Shown here: positions 31,087-32,209 of the stretch, piece by piece | How the letters are laid out: every line of letters starts with the position of its first letter | How positions within the stretch are numbered: position 1 is the first letter of the stretch | NCBI GenBank assembly: GCA_902782785.1 | Contig: CACZOH010000130.1 | Coordinates: forward strand, 1 to 32,209 | Direction: 5' to 3' | From: an uncultured Ruminococcus sp. | Lineage (GTDB): Bacteria > Bacillota > Clostridia > Oscillospirales > CAG-272 | Length of the DNA stretch: 32,209 bases | Position numbers and translations under genes: made by a program | The notes under the pieces: generated by a model | What the model was told of the DNA's origin: nothing | Database searches by the model: none | The model's input: only the letters and a program-made list of their open reading frames with translations

Positions 31087-32209
31087 TTAAAACTTCATGG
31101 TAAGTCCTATGCGTTTTTTCGCCGTGTCAACGGATAAAACCCTGACCTTTACCACGTCGCCTACGGACAGGACCTCGGACGGATGCTTTATATATTTGTT
31201 CGATATCTGCGATACGTGGATAAGACCGTCCTGATGTACGCCTATATCGACGAAAGCGCCGAAATCTATTACGTTTCTCACTATGCCGGTAAGCTCCATG
31301 CCCTCCTTCAGGTCGTTCATGTCAAGTATGTCGTCGCGGAGCACGGGCGGCGTGAAATCGTCGCGCAGGTCGCGTCCCGGCTTAACGAGCTCTTTGACTA
31401 TGTCGGCAAGCGTCGGAGCGCCGACGCCCAGCTGTTCGCACAGCTTTTTGCTTCCCTCCTCCTTAACGAGTTCGGGAAGGTCGGCGACCTGACCCTTTGA
31501 CACGTCCTCAGCCGTCAGACCGAAATGGTCGAGCAGGGCTTTTGCGGCGGGATACGATTCGGGATGAACGCCGGTGTTGTCAAGAACGTTGTCGCCGTGA
31601 GGCACGCGCAGGAAGCCGGCGCACTGCTCGTACGCCTTTGCGCCTATCCTCGGCACCTTCAACAACTCGTCCCTCGTTCTGAATTCGCCGTTTTCCTCAC
31701 GGTATCTGACTATGTTTTTAGCCGACGCGGCGTTGATGCCGGATATATACGACAGAAGCGAATGTGAAGCGGTGTTGACGTCAACGCCTACGGAGTTGAC
31801 GCAGTCTTCGACGACTCCGGTCAGAGCCTCGTCGAGCCTCGCGGGCTTCATATCGTGCTGATACTGTCCGACGCCGATAGATTTCGGATCTATCTTCACA
31901 AGCTCCGCAAGCGGGTCCTGCAGACGTCTTGCTATGGAAACGGCGCTTCTCTGCGTCACGTCGAAATCCGGGAATTCGTCCGCGCCGAGCTTGGACGCGG
32001 AATAAACGCTCGCTCCCGCCTCGCTGACCATCGTGTATTTGCAGCCGTTCGTCACGTTTTTCAAAAGGTCCGCAATGAATATCTCGCTTTCCTTAGACGC
32101 GGTGCCGTTGCCTATCGCCACAACGTTTATATCCCATTTTCTTATAAGACGCAGAACGACGTTTTTCGCTTCCTCTATCTTGTATTCCTGCTTCATCGTC
32201 GGGTAGATG
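31087..32209 (-). CDS. tex: Tex-like transcription accessory protein (YqgF/HHH/S1 domains), 5'-truncated by the window edge
   Basis: YqgF-like VVAIGNGTASKESE, then IGVGQYQHDM, and a C-terminal S1 domain GMELTGIVRNVIDFGAFVDIGVHQDGLIHVSQIS...GDVVKVRVLSVD. The frame stays open upstream of the track's Met to the end of the window. Confidence 0.85.
   Translation of the reverse strand, partial: IYPTMKQEYKIEEAKNVVLRLIRKWDINVVAIGNGTASKESEIFIADLLKNVTNGCKYTMVSEAGASVYSASKLGADEFPDFDVTQRSAVSIARRLQDPLAELVKIDPKSIGVGQYQHDMKPARLDEALTGVVEDCVNSVGVDVNTASHSLLSYISGINAASAKNIVRYREENGEFRTRDELLKVPRIGAKAYEQCAGFLRVPHGDNVLDNTGVHPESYPAAKALLDHFGLTAEDVSKGQVADLPELVKEEGSKKLCEQLGVGAPTLADIVKELVKPGRDLRDDFTPPVLRDDILDMNDLKEGMELTGIVRNVIDFGAFVDIGVHQDGLIHVSQISNKYIKHPSEVLSVGDVVKVRVLSVDTAKKRIGLTMKF

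Noticed and set aside
1-32209. Window-wide scan for defence or mobile systems: CRISPR repeats, Cas-like or nuclease/helicase giants, reverse transcriptases, toxin-antitoxin pairs, integrases and transposases
   Set aside because: None was found. Every ORF longer than 200 aa on the coding frames could be assigned to a metabolic, envelope, transport or regulatory family, or to a secreted hypothetical protein. The only repeat structures are the lipase coding repeats and the tRNA-Val duplication.

Overview
This 32.2-kb chromosomal window looks like it comes from a spore-forming, mid-GC Clostridia-class Firmicute. That is an inference from spoVB, a clostridial-type abrB, lipobox lipoproteins, TGn-extended -10 promoters and GGAGG-type Shine-Dalgarno sites. 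I count 21 protein-coding genes (two cut by the window edges), 2 tRNA genes and several clean intrinsic terminators. The left half (1-17.8 kb) is a glycan/rhamnoside-oriented accessory cluster built around two divergent operons. The minus-strand operon encodes a cytoplasmic GH78 alpha-L-rhamnosidase, an FN3/Big_2 surface protein, MtnN and an alpha/alpha-toroid-like protein that the supplied ORF track misses. The plus-strand operon encodes two tandem MacB-type fused ATPase-FtsX ABC proteins followed by a 1111-aa lipoprotein GH78. A convergent ECF sigma / membrane anti-sigma-like pair sits next to it. The right half mixes housekeeping and envelope genes: a lipid kinase, a PrsA-like foldase, SpoVB, tRNA-Glu, tRNA-Val, AbrB, Tdk, an orphan MsmK/MalK-type ATPase and Tex. 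It also carries an odd operon (GH20 hexosaminidase fused to a GNAT, a LUD-domain protein, a Thr/Glu-rich secreted class-3 lipase) and an uncharacterised GH99-like lipoprotein. I saw no CRISPR array, transposase, integrase, reverse transcriptase or recognisable defence or toxin gene. The only trace of mobile DNA is a duplicated tRNA-Val 3' end. I did not find an unambiguous new system. The best candidates are the MacB-pair/GH78 operon, the GH20-GNAT fusion operon, the non-canonical sigma/anti-sigma pair and the tRNA-Val scar. All functional calls come from motif recognition by eye. No searches were run, and coordinates of non-CDS features may be off by 1-2 nt.
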